64,000 nt of DNA from Picochlorum sp. SENEW3 (lineage: Eukaryota), in contig CP120453.1 of NCBI GenBank assembly GCA_034226945.1, positions 806,001-870,000 on the forward strand, written 5' to 3'. The notes under the pieces are model-generated. The model did not search any database, was not told where the DNA came from, and was given only the letters and a program-made list of their open reading frames with translations. Positions 35,552 through 46,178 of this stretch are shown here, one piece after another; position 1 is the first letter of the stretch, and each line of letters begins with the position of its first letter. The position numbers were made by a program, and so were the translations under genes.

Positions 35552-36763
35552 TTAATGACGAAAGTAATACCACTTCCATTGACGTCCAAATCTTGTCACC
35601 AATGTGGATATTCGCTTTCTTTTGCTTTTCCTTTTCCTAGAGGGGACAGAATTGTGAGAGAGTGGGGCTCCCAACCGAATCTTCCCAGACTTCCACATGT
35701 CCTCCCAGTACTCTTGCATATATGGCCGCCTGAATCCTTTTCCACCCGCTCGTAAATTATCTGGAGGATACAACCAGTAATTCAGAGCCATATGACCTGG
35801 CTTATCATCCCTATCTGATGCTACAGCATCATTCATCGATGTCACTTCATGAAACCAACCAGCTGGTAAAAAGAGCATTTCTCCAGCACACAACGTGCAC
35901 TCAATGCATTCATCGAATGGAAAGTTCTTGAATTTCCTCATAATTTCACTTTCGGGTAGTCGAAGATCGACTTGACTGAAACTTGGCGGATCTCCTGAAC
36001 TACTCGAAGCAGGCGGATCAACAGAGCTGCACTCTGCAGACCTGCTCGCCAGCTCTTGTGCCCCTTCCTTCCATTGTCGGACATCGTCCGCGTTACTTCC
36101 ATCGGGAAGAATATTCTCCTGACCTTTATATACTATTCTACCATTCGGATGCATGCTTACAAGTTCCCCGTGCGTATACATGGTATGAATACAGTGGGGT
36201 GGAAACAATCTGAAGCGCTTCTTTCCTCTCAACAGAATGTAAAAATTGTCATGGTAATCATGATGTAAACCCGAACTCGATCCGTCCTTTGAATTTCCCA
36301 TCCACAGATTAATCTGTTGAGGAATTAAATTCCCGGCCAATGAGAGTCTCACTGGAAAATCCTTGAGTAAATCCAACGTTGGAGACACCATCACATCTGG
36401 AAACCCATGAGGTCCACGTGGCTGCTGTGGGGACGTCAAGTACAGATTCTCCTGCCCTTGCTCGATCCGTAACAGGAACTCGGAAAATGCCATGACCCGC
36501 CTCTTCCCCAACCCAAACCCCTCCGATTCATTCGTTTTATATTCCACTGAAACGAAACGCTTCCCTGCAACGTCCTTCAAATACTCATTTGTCCATGTCC
36601 TCGTCCCTGATGAAATCTCACTTGGATGTCCTCGTATTACTATCGGTCTTCTTTGGCTAATATACTCATCCCAGAGTGATTCTGGGGTCAGCTCATCGAC
36701 ACTCACCCAAGGACATGCATGCTTTTTGTTCTTCATTCCTCGCCCTATTGCCCGCATAGGCAT
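35552..36763 (-). CDS. JmjC-domain (cupin-like) 2-oxoglutarate/Fe(II) oxygenase
   Basis: EYISQRRPIVIRG, INLWMG, GLHHDYHDN..LRGKKRFRLF and LFLPAGWFHEVTS give an HxD...H triad. The C-terminus is basic (RKRKSKRKR). Confidence 0.88.
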   Translation of the reverse strand: MPMRAIGRGMKNKKHACPWVSVDELTPESLWDEYISQRRPIVIRGHPSEISSGTRTWTNEYLKDVAGKRFVSVEYKTNESEGFGLGKRRVMAFSEFLLRIEQGQENLYLTSPQQPRGPHGFPDVMVSPTLDLLKDFPVRLSLAGNLIPQQINLWMGNSKDGSSSGLHHDYHDNFYILLRGKKRFRLFPPHCIHTMYTHGELVSMHPNGRIVYKGQENILPDGSNADDVRQWKEGAQELASRSAECSSVDPPASSSSGDPPSFSQVDLRLPESEIMRKFKNFPFDECIECTLCAGEMLFLPAGWFHEVTSMNDAVASDRDDKPGHMALNYWLYPPDNLRAGGKGFRRPYMQEYWEDMWKSGKIRLGAPLSHNSVPSRKRKSKRKRISTLVTRFGRQWKWYYFRH

Positions 36764-37092
36764 CGGAATATTGTCATATTGTAGTTTCAAATCGGTAATA
36801 TAGGCTCCATGAACTGGTAAAGGGTGATACTATGTCTACATTGGGACCATTGTGACGGTCACAATGCAACGACAGATGCAGGGTCCATCTCCAGCATTAA
36901 CAGAGCCCCAAGACTCGGCTCCATCATGCAACGGAATATACATACATATGAAGAAAAAGAGAGTCCAAATCATGTGGATTAAAATTCAGTGTTACATTCA
37001 AGTCAAAAGAATCGTATCAACCAAAGCTCCTCCATGATGAAGAATCGTCTGGTGCAGAGCGATCCTTACGAGGACGACTGTGCACACCAGTC

Positions 37093-39109
37093 TTACTCCT
37101 CAGAGCCTCCTTCCTTCTGGAGAGCCTCGAATCTGACATCGAGATCCTTTGCGGCAAAGATCCACAATCCGACGATTCCAAGGAGGATGAGTCCCAAGTA
37201 TGGTGTGGAAGCGGCCAAAGATCCGAATCCGATAATCATAAACTGCTGAATCAAAGCACCTCCAGACTTTCCGAGTGGGTTGCAAATGACATCAATTGCA
37301 GCCTTACCCTTTGTTCTGGTCTCGTCATCCAATGGGATGTATGCCATCTCCTTGCATGGATCGAAGAGAGAGTACTTGGAAGCCTTGGAGAAGATGTTCT
37401 GGGCAGCTCCTACAAGCACAGCAGCAAACAGTGGGGTGAGACCCAAGGTAGCCAATGTTGGGGTGAGTGGTCCAGAGAAGAGCACCAAAGAGAAGAAGAT
37501 AATTCCAGTTGCCAAAAGGACACTTGGAGTGATCAATGCAGCAACTCCCCAACCAAACTTGTTGAAGATCCAGCGAGACACAATCATCATGGTGAATGTG
37601 ACAGCTCCAGTAGCGGTAGAGAAGTCTCCCATGAAGGCGGAGTAGTCATTTGGATTAGGGAACTGTTCCTTAATCTTGGACTTCCATGTCACCTCGACCA
37701 AGTTGATGGAGATACCGTATGCTACCACAAGGAAGGCGAGATCACGAATGTATGGGGAGGCAGCCAAGAACTTGAAGGACTCTCCGACAGACATTGGCTC
37801 CTTCTTCTTCTTCTCCTTCTTTGGCATAGATCCCTGCACCTTTGGCACCACAGTCTTCTGGAGGTATGCATGGACAGCGCAGATAATGAGCCCTCCAATC
37901 ACAACCATTCCCATGAGTCCCTTGAGGGAAAGTCCCCATCCGTCAACTCCTTCTGGGAGGTTGGCTCTAATCTGAGAGAAAATCTTGACAGCACGTCCAG
38001 AGAAAATCAAAGCGACGTTTGCTCCCAATCCGAACAATGGGTAGAACTGCTTGGCCTCATCAACAGTGGTAATCTGGTTGGCAAGTCCCCAGAAGAGCAC
38101 AGACACAACAACGGATCCCCAAAGCTCTGCCATAACATAGAAAAGGCAGTAGGTCCAGTTGCGGACAATAGCAATTGGTCCGGCGAAACGAGCTCCCATG
38201 GTGTCCAACAAATTCTCGCAGAAGGCTGTTGGGTGAAGCATATCACGGATTGGATAGAGCACAAAGGCAAAAGCTCCGAAGAAAGCAATGAATGGGATAA
38301 TGCATGTGTAGAAGAGCTGCTCGTTGGACAACACGTTGGACAACTTGGTGTACAACACAGTGAACCCAATGGCCATTGGAAGGTTCACCCATGTCTTCAA
38401 GAAGGGAATAATCTCGGCACCGGAACCTGGTGCAGTCACAACCAACACATCCTTGGTATCTCTCAGAATCGTGTAGTTGAACAAGATGCAGAAGAACATC
38501 ATTCCGAGAGGAATGATCTTCTGCCATGTAAATGTTGGGATTCCCAAGAATTTCTTCTCATCAGGGGCAGCTCCCAAGACAGCTGGGACAGAAGGCTGGG
38601 CAACAGCCTTGACCGTGGTGGCCACACGTGGCTGGACAACCTGTGGCTTGACAAGAGATGGCTGCAGAAAATACATAATAAAGATCAATTGATGGCAATG
38701 CTCATCCACAAGTGGCAATCCAGTCTGACCGCATCCCTCCAACAAGGGCGACCATAACAACACCAGCAACACCAACCCTACCATGCCATCACCCACAAAA
38801 AATCCACACAATCAATCCAATAGCCTACATTCTAATAATTCAATCACTAGGCAGCCCCAAACCCCACCCATCGGCCACCAAAACCCACTGATCACAAAAG
38901 ACGACGAGGTCGGCAGCCGCGCATCGAAGAGATCTCCCAGACCAGTCCCATTGCCAGATCGCATGTACACGCACCATTCTTTGACCCATAAGTCCAGATT
39001 GTGCCATTCCAATCCTTGGTGCTGCAACAGATGCAGAGCACCTTGTGGTCATGCGTGCATTTGCGCGCATTCCACCAATGGTAGATGGGGCAGTCGTAGC
39101 AAGAACCAT
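37093..39109 (-). CDS. NTT: Plastid ATP/ADP transporter (NTT/TLC family)
   Basis: Exon 1 is 39109-38975 (transit peptide), intron 38974-38662. FFCILFNYTILRDTKD, GAEIIPFLKTW, FYVMAELWGS and KYSLFDPCKEMAYIPLD..KGKAAIDV..GKSGG. Confidence 0.97.
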
Positions 39110-39420
39110 TATGATCCTACTGATCCAGGTGTATCTTTTATTTATTCAAAAGTTAAGAATCAAGTGGAACCGGATGCGGATGCAGACACAACCTTGTGCC
39201 ATCATGTGTCACGTCAGACAGGTGATTGTCACCTGACTTTGACATGGTCCCCGTCAACAACAACGCTGGATAGGATAGAACATACCTTCGGTCAAATTTC
39301 TATCTGACCGTGAAAATTGAAAGATTCCAACTGGATTCTTTAGGGACCGATAGGGCACGAGTGTCCAGCAGCTCTCAAGACATGCGTATATTGACCCATA
39401 TATTTTTAGGTTGTTCATTG

Positions 39421-40053
39421 ATGGATTGTCTTCGTCGAAGTGTTCTCGCACGAGCGACAGGGGCGTCACCGACGTCCCTCCGAGGCATCGCTTCCATTCT
39501 CGAGGAACGTGTGCTTCCACAGTCTACGGTACAGAATAGAGATATTACCTCTTCCTCAATTCAGAATTCAGGGACTGCAAATAATGCCGGGGACTATGTC
39601 GTGGCCAAGGTGGATAGTCTGGTGAATTGGGCCAGGAAGGGAAGCATCTGGCCCATGACATTTGGACTGGCATGCTGTGCTGTAGAAATGATGCATGCAG
39701 GAGCTGCACGGTATGATTTGGACAGATTCGGAATCATCTTTAGACCTAGTCCAAGGCAGTCTGATTGCATGATTGTTGCCGGGACCTTGACAAATAAGAT
39801 GGCTCCGGCTCTGCGAAAGGTGTATGACCAAATGCCTGAACCTCGATGGGTGGTGTCGATGGGAAGCTGTGCAAATGGGGGTGGTTATTACCATTATAGC
39901 TACTCTGTAGTGCGAGGGTGTGATAGAATCGTGCCTGTCGATGTGTATGTACCTGGCTGCCCACCGACTGCAGAGGCTCTGTTGTATGGGTTGCTGCAGT
40001 TGCAGAGGAAGATTGGGCGTACAAAGAAGACTCAAGTGTGGTACAACAAGTAA
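39421..40053 (+). CDS. NDUFS7: Mitochondrial complex I PSST subunit (NDUFS7/NuoB)
   Basis: Presequence followed by [35 protein letters not shown] and [11 protein letters not shown]. Confidence 0.97.
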   Translation: MDCLRRSVLARATGASPTSLRGIASILEERVLPQSTVQNRDITSSSIQNSGTANNAGDYVVAKVDSLVNWARKGSIWPMTFGLACCAVEMMHAGAARYDLDRFGIIFRPSPRQSDCMIVAGTLTNKMAPALRKVYDQMPEPRWVVSMGSCANGGGYYHYSYSVVRGCDRIVPVDVYVPGCPPTAEALLYGLLQLQRKIGRTKKTQVWYNK

Positions 40054-40571
40054 AGCGTCTCTTTTGTGTATGTGTCTGTACAATAATAGATGAACTGATG
40101 TAATATCAAACAGAAATGAGATGCGGAGTGGCATGAATCTTGCCTTGATTGAAATACGGACAGCATGCATGACTGAGTTTTGAATCATAGGACGACAGGC
40201 ACCCTGCGACGGGTAGAAATATTTTTGTGTTTCATTTTGTATTCACACGAGTGAATTGCTAACCTGGTGAGAGGTTGTGGTGATTGGACAAGTGAGGGAC
40301 GTCCGTTCGTCGTTCTCTCGTTGACACCCGAGTTTGTCTCTCCAGACGTCAGTTCTGCTCAAGCTCTATGACACAATATACATATTAGTAGATAAGAATT
40401 AATTATATACTGCGTTTCTTTCGTTTCGAGCGGAGTTGTGAGGTCGGAGGAACGGACTCGGATCATTGTCTCTTCCAAAAAGGTTAGAATAGGTGGATAG
40501 TTGTGGTTGTACAGAGCATATTTAGTATAGTAGATATCTGTTATCTGATTCACAGAACCATATATATCGTG

Positions 40572-41138
40572 ATGAGAGGAGGAAACGGAGTTCCTTCTCA
40601 AAGTGGACAGTTGGTGTTCCAACAACAGAACCCGGCACAGGTCGCCAGCGGTGATGATGGTGTCATTATTATGTCAGAGCAACGAGTATATAATAATAAC
40701 TATAGGAATACAGAAGAAGATGTGCTGGGAAATACCCCACATCGGAGGTGCGCAAGGCAAGAGGAGAATGTTGTGGACCTCACAGAGGAGCCAGACTTTG
40801 AGGTTGTCTCAAGCACAGTTGTGCCTCGACCGCTGCGCGCACGAAAGAGTATCAAAAAGAAAGCGAGGTATGATCCCATACTGCAACATATGATGTCTGC
40901 ATCGGCACCAGTGGCACAGGAGGCCCCGCAAGAGCCCAAAAGAAGTGCTCCTGTATGTGGCATCTGTATGGAACCCATGGGTCCGCAAACTGAGAGGGCT
41001 ATGGCTGCTGGAAATTGTGGTCATGTGTACTGCAAAGAATGTTTGAAACTAAGCGTGAAGAAGACGAGGAAGTGCCCAACATGCAGGAAGAGCATACAAA
41101 CTCGACACATTCGAAGCATCTTCTTGGATCTGAACTAA
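40572..41138 (+). CDS. RNF4-like SUMO-targeted RING E3 ubiquitin ligase
   Basis: SIM-like motifs GVIIMS, NVVDLT and FEVVS precede a C-terminal C3HC4 RING, CGIC..CGHVYCKEC..KCPTCRK..IFL. Confidence 0.75.
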   Translation: MRGGNGVPSQSGQLVFQQQNPAQVASGDDGVIIMSEQRVYNNNYRNTEEDVLGNTPHRRCARQEENVVDLTEEPDFEVVSSTVVPRPLRARKSIKKKARYDPILQHMMSASAPVAQEAPQEPKRSAPVCGICMEPMGPQTERAMAAGNCGHVYCKECLKLSVKKTRKCPTCRKSIQTRHIRSIFLDLN

Positions 41139-41232
41139 AGAATAATAATAATCACCTTCTCATTATCATTATAGTTTTTCTTCTAATCATATTACATTAC
41201 TATATAGTAATAATAAAGTACATGTTGAGACA

Positions 41233-41782
41233 TTAGACACCAATCTTTGTTCTGCGCCAGTGTCTTCTTTTGGCATTATATCTGATTGCGTTGTTGGTTC
41301 TAAAACGAATCCATGGAGCAATTGGTCTGCATCATTCATCATGAGTTTGTTAATAGTGATTCATCGTCATACGACATGCGTAGGCATAGTCCAAAAGTTT
41401 CTGTGCAGACCACAATGCAATCAATCGTCCTTGACTCGATCGGTCAACTTCGACAGAAGCAGGCCATGCAATGGTGAAGAAATTTATACTATTAGATATT
41501 ATTGACACACCTGTTCTGCTTGGCCTTCTTGGCCAGCTTCTTCTTCAGACGAAGAGTCTTCTGAGACGGCTGCAGGTAAGAGCGACACGATGTGAGGGTC
41601 AGTTCGGGCAATAAATGACCATGCGAATGTCAAATCAGAATAATATTTCTATGGAGTAGCAATTTGCGAGGAAAACAGAGCATCCGTGGCCGGCGAGACA
41701 CAGTACTGGCTGCGCAGCCTCTTCAGCTCCGCTTCTGCCAAGGGCAATGCACCTTTCCAGGGCTGAGGAATTTACGCACCAT
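41233..41782 (-). CDS. RPL39: 60S ribosomal protein L39 (eL39), not in the ORF track
   Basis: Exons 41782-41780 (ATG), 41569-41511 and 41326-41233 splice to [51 protein letters not shown]. Confidence 0.95.
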
Positions 41783-42012
41783 ATTTCTAACAAGTTCTAA
41801 TTATGTATTGATATTGTTTGGGCTCTGACGTGTCCGCACCTGTTTGGATTGAAGGCTGGCTCGCCGCCCGGGGTGACCAAAGTAATTCGTGATTTTGGAT
41901 TCCCGAAATAGTTTGTCCAAAGACTTTGGACACATAAGCCTACTTGGCACCGTAAGAGCCATAGAATATTTTTCCACAGAAATTCATACATTAATTTGTC
42001 CAAGAAAAGAAT

Positions 42013-43872
42013 ATGAAAATAGGAGTGTCAGCCAGCTCAGTTCGTCGAGGAGGTGAGCGGTGTACTGCTCTTCCCATTGTACCAGGTGAGAGGAAAATGT
42101 GTAAAGAACCTCAGGGTTTACATACTGCAGGGTGTATGGTTACACGAGGGAAACTGCTTCCCAGGAAAAGCAACACACATTATCGACATTTCACTGTACG
42201 AGCTGCCGGAAACAATTCTGAAGAGACGGGAAAAGATACAAAAGCAAAGTGGGACCTTGGAAGGTTTGTCAAGACTCTTTGGTTCTTCAATAAGCCTTCG
42301 TCCCCGTTCAACCTCGTGAAAGATACGCTAGCAAAGCCATTTAGTAAAACCGAGGATAGTGAGTCGAGCATGATTGTGCTTGCTGGGACGAGAGAGCGTG
42401 AGGCTGAAAATGTGGTTATTGTTGCTGGAGCGACAGGTGGTGTAGGCAAACGTGTGGTGACATTGTTACTGAACCAAGGCCGCCACGTGAGAGCGTTAGT
42501 CAGGGATGTCGAGAAGGCAAAGTCTTTGTATGCTCCTGTGATTGAGCATGGTAGGTCGAGCGGATGTTTGGAGTTGGCTCCCGCAGATATTACGCAGGCA
42601 AAGACACTGTTGCCAGAGTATTTCACGGGGGTGAAGCAGCTTGTCTGGTGCGCTGCTACGAAAATTGTACCCAAGGAAGGTGATACAGAAGACCGACAAA
42701 AGTACTACCAGGGGATCAAGTTTTATGATCCAGAGGTTGAAGGTGATACCCCAGAATCTGTTGAATACAGAGGGATGATGAATGTGCTGGATGCCTTGCA
42801 AAATAGTTTACCAAAGGCCGAAGGTATCGACATTTTCAATCCTGCTGTCAAAAAGGATGTTATTTTTGGACCAATTGATGACGTTGTGATGGGAGGAGTT
42901 TCATCTTCGATGCTCAGTGTAAGCCCACTTGGTGGAGAGCAGGGAACTCCAGCAGGAATCTTTGCTGGCAATGTTACGCAGGCAAATAATGGAGGATTTG
43001 CTTCTGTTCGAAGCAGAAACTTCACACCATCACTTGATGTATCTGCATATGATGGGTTTGAGATGAGGGTGAAAGGAGATGGGCAGAGGTATAAGTTTAT
43101 AGCTAGAACTGAAGATGCCTTTGATGGTGTTGGCTATACCTGCTCATTTGACACCAAGCCGGGAATATGGCAGACGATACGTATACCGTTTGACAAGCTC
43201 ATTCCTGTGTTTAGAGCAAAGATTGTGCGGGATGGAACCAAATTCAATCAACATCATGTGTCTAGTTTGCAACTGATGCTGAGTAAATTTGAGTATGATG
43301 GGCAGCTGAATCCTTCTTGGTCAGAGGGTTCCTTTGAACTTCCAGTTCAATACATCAAGACCTATGTAGAAGATCCTAGTATTCCTCGATGCGTCATGGT
43401 GAGTTCAGCTGGCGTGACAAGGCCTGGAAGACCTGGCATCAATGTAGAGGAAGAGCCCCCAGCAGTCAAAATGAATGACATGCTTGGAGGTTTGCTGACC
43501 TTCAAGGAAAAGGGAGAGGACGTGGTTCGAGAGAGTGGCATTCCACATGCCATTGTAAGACCTGTCGCCTTAACCGAAGAGCCCGCGGGAGCAGAGCTGG
43601 AGTTGGACCAGGGAGATACAATCAAAGGCAAAATCTCAAGAGATGATGTTGCGGAGCTATGTGTTTCTCTGCTGGAGCAGAAAGATATGGCCAATGTCAC
43701 CTTCGAAATCAAGTCAACAGTTCCATTCAGCACTCCATTCGAAATTGATCCTAGCAATCCTCCCCCACCTCGTGACTGGGGAGCCTTGCTTCGCACATCA
43801 AAACTCAAACCTCATGTGACTGGCAAGACCATTGATGGAGTATACACAGGAAGAGAGAAGGCGACGGTTTAA
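42013..43872 (+). CDS. Plastid NAD(P)-binding Rossmann-fold protein with inserted CIA30 domain (At4g18810/UOS1-like)
   Basis: Transit peptide ending TVRA, VAGATGGVGKRV, CIA30 motifs IDDVVMGGVS, NNGGFASVRS and GDGQRYK, then VSSAGV, IVRP and GKISRDDVA. Confidence 0.85.
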   Translation: MKIGVSASSVRRGGERCTALPIVPGERKMCKEPQGLHTAGCMVTRGKLLPRKSNTHYRHFTVRAAGNNSEETGKDTKAKWDLGRFVKTLWFFNKPSSPFNLVKDTLAKPFSKTEDSESSMIVLAGTREREAENVVIVAGATGGVGKRVVTLLLNQGRHVRALVRDVEKAKSLYAPVIEHGRSSGCLELAPADITQAKTLLPEYFTGVKQLVWCAATKIVPKEGDTEDRQKYYQGIKFYDPEVEGDTPESVEYRGMMNVLDALQNSLPKAEGIDIFNPAVKKDVIFGPIDDVVMGGVSSSMLSVSPLGGEQGTPAGIFAGNVTQANNGGFASVRSRNFTPSLDVSAYDGFEMRVKGDGQRYKFIARTEDAFDGVGYTCSFDTKPGIWQTIRIPFDKLIPVFRAKIVRDGTKFNQHHVSSLQLMLSKFEYDGQLNPSWSEGSFELPVQYIKTYVEDPSIPRCVMVSSAGVTRPGRPGINVEEEPPAVKMNDMLGGLLTFKEKGEDVVRESGIPHAIVRPVALTEEPAGAELELDQGDTIKGKISRDDVAELCVSLLEQKDMANVTFEIKSTVPFSTPFEIDPSNPPPPRDWGALLRTSKLKPHVTGKTIDGVYTGREKATV

Positions 43873-43927
43873 ATGTATCTTACGCATCAAATATAAGAAA
43901 AAAACACTGTAATAATAACAAGCCGGC

Positions 43928-44504
43928 CTAATACGACGCAACACCAGCAACAGGTCCTCTAATTCTACGTGCCAATTGCATGTCCTTTGGCATAATAGTG
44001 ACACGCTTTGCATGAATCGCACACAAATTGCAATCCTCTAATAAATGCACTAAAAAGTCTTCTGTAGCCTCCTGCAGAGCCAAAAGCCCCTCTGCCGTCC
44101 ATCTAAATGGCTCTGGAGCTACATTATTGGTAATTTCTCTTGCCAACCGAGCAAAAGGGAGCTTCCGAATCAACAGGTCCGTGCTCCTTTGGTATCTTCT
44201 AATTTCTCTAAGTGCTACAGTTCCTGGTCTAAACCGATGCGGTCTCTCTGCGACAAACAACAAGGATGATGGATCATTCACCGCACAACAAGAGAAACAG
44301 AGCAGAATAAAAAAACCTACTTGGTGCTCCTGCTGGCTTACCAGGAGGCCCTTCTTTCCTCACTCCCGCATTCGCAATCTGTTAAATTTAACATGAAGAT
44401 GTTGCGTCAGTATATCCTTTAAAAAGGCAAACAGTGTGCCCAACGTCACGCAAGCAAAACACAAAGACATAACAACGTACTGGAATCTTCTTATTACGAG
44501 CCAT
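43928..44504 (-). CDS. CENH3: Centromeric histone H3 variant
   Basis: Exons 44504-44481, 44378-44321 and 44247-43928. The histone fold has CenH3-type residues (PFARL instead of PFQRL, RW instead of RF, VH instead of VG), a longer loop 1 (TNNVAPEPF) and a non-H3 tail. Confidence 0.88.
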
Positions 44505-44803
44505 TTCTTGACCACATCAGCGTCCGGATATATTACCTATCAAAGAGTATAAACTATGTTTATATTGGCTATCGCTCGTCGCAAGACGTGGCCTTTGACG
44601 ACTATCGACGCACCGACCAACCGAAATGGAATCTCAGTATCCTACGTCCTCAACTCGTCACTTGGTCGTGATTAAAAGATATTCTATATTTATTCAAGCA
44701 ATAAGCGGAGTCAATAAGCTTTTCTCATGATGCACAGAGGGCAAAACCGAACGCAATGAAAGGACAGGCCGTTGACACTATCTGTCCCATCCAATCCAAC
44801 CTT

Positions 44804-45555
44804 TCAAGGGCCTTGTCCATCGACCGAATATGGGCCCACGGCCAGCTGCGTTGCTGCATCCACCAGGCCTTGCCATGCATTCATTTCCTTGGACAGTTTG
44901 TACACAATCTCACTGAACACGGGCACTCGCTTCACCTCCTTGTACCCTAGATGCAGAAAAAGCTTCTGTGAGGCAATATTCTTCTCCAATATCTTGGCTG
45001 TATAGCCATTTACCCCCAATGAAGACATGCCATACGCCATCATCAAGGTAACAGCTTCCCGAGCAAATCCTTTTCTTCTGCAAGATTTCTCGGCAATCAT
45101 TACCTCAATCTCCACACAGGAATCATCTTCGTAATCGTTCCAGAACATGTTCACATCCCCAACCATTCTCGCCTGCTCAGCCTCCTCCCCTTGGCCACCA
45201 CCACGTGTCGCATCCAGAATGATGAATGTACATTCTGCAAACAAGACAAGGAAGCCCATCAGGTACTATATATATATACCTCAGCACACACCATACACCA
45301 CGCACTCTTGTCATCCTCTTTCCACTCTTCCTGCATTCGATACTCCTCATCCAAGGTTAGTCGCTCTGATGCCGTGTTTTCAAGCAATTCTTCATCTCCC
45401 TGCAAAATTGACACGTCATCAATGTCGTGAGATACCCTGAAATACTAAGAATCAGAACCCACCATCCACTCGTGATACCGCTTTACAAAATGCCTCCTGT
45501 ATGGCACAAGCTCAACGAGATCACCCCGAATCCGTGTGTTCCAGTTATCAATCAT
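44804..45555 (-). CDS. NAT9: N-acetyltransferase 9-like GNAT
   Basis: Three exons splice to LVPYRRHFVKRYHEWM|..TASERLTLDEEYRMQEEWKEDDK|KCTFIIL..MVGDVNMF..EIEVMIAE..RRKGFAREA. Confidence 0.92.
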
Positions 45556-46178
45556 GGTTGTATCATGGTGCGACTCTGTAGCTGTAACCAGACCCCTGGT
45601 CTGTGCTATCTGCACAATTGGAAATTTCGTCAACTCGATCCATACAATATTCGCCTTATAATATCGCCTTGACCCTGCGTCAATACACACCAATCCAACG
45701 CAATGCCAGTTGTATTGGGCGACCAGAGCCTGTGACGTACCTGGAAAGGAACTGATTAAAACCAGGGCCTGATGCGTGAGTTAAATAATCCAGTACAACA
45801 TAAAGTCATATTAAACATAGAGTAGAGCAGAATCTGGTAGCTTCATGGGTCTGATGAATGAAACAAGCAATTGCGCACTTGCAAGTGCCGAGTTGAGAAA
45901 TCGAGCGCCACCTTGCCAGACTGGAATCCTCTCTCGTTCTTGCGAAAACACCCACAATGTCCCTTATTGGGGATGAGTGTATTCAAAACGTACTATTTTT
46001 ATTATATAATTGATATTGAAGGAATATAAGTGACTCGAGGAGGGTATAATACGCCAAGAAGGTAGATTAATTCAGGGCTTGACGGATCCCAACTGCCAAG
46101 CTGGTTGGGTGGTATGATTCCACTCGAGCATCGAGATTAATACATGCCTGAGACGATAGTATCTAATATTTTAAGAAA

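Noticed and set aside
37870..38757. 295-aa ORF antisense to NTT
   Set aside because: It is an antisense shadow of a conserved, codon-biased gene, with no family features.
40190..40355. Several short hairpins and an Sm-site-like ATTTTTG after NDUFS7
   Set aside because: No U1/U2/U4/U5/U11/U12 signature sequence is present, and the 4-6 bp stems are expected by chance.
45845..45890. CTGATGA..GAAA hammerhead-like core and GCACTTGCAAGTGC palindrome in the NAT9/kinesin spacer
   Set aside because: There is no stem II between the core motifs and no flanking stems I/III. There is also no matching D box for a C/D snoRNA.
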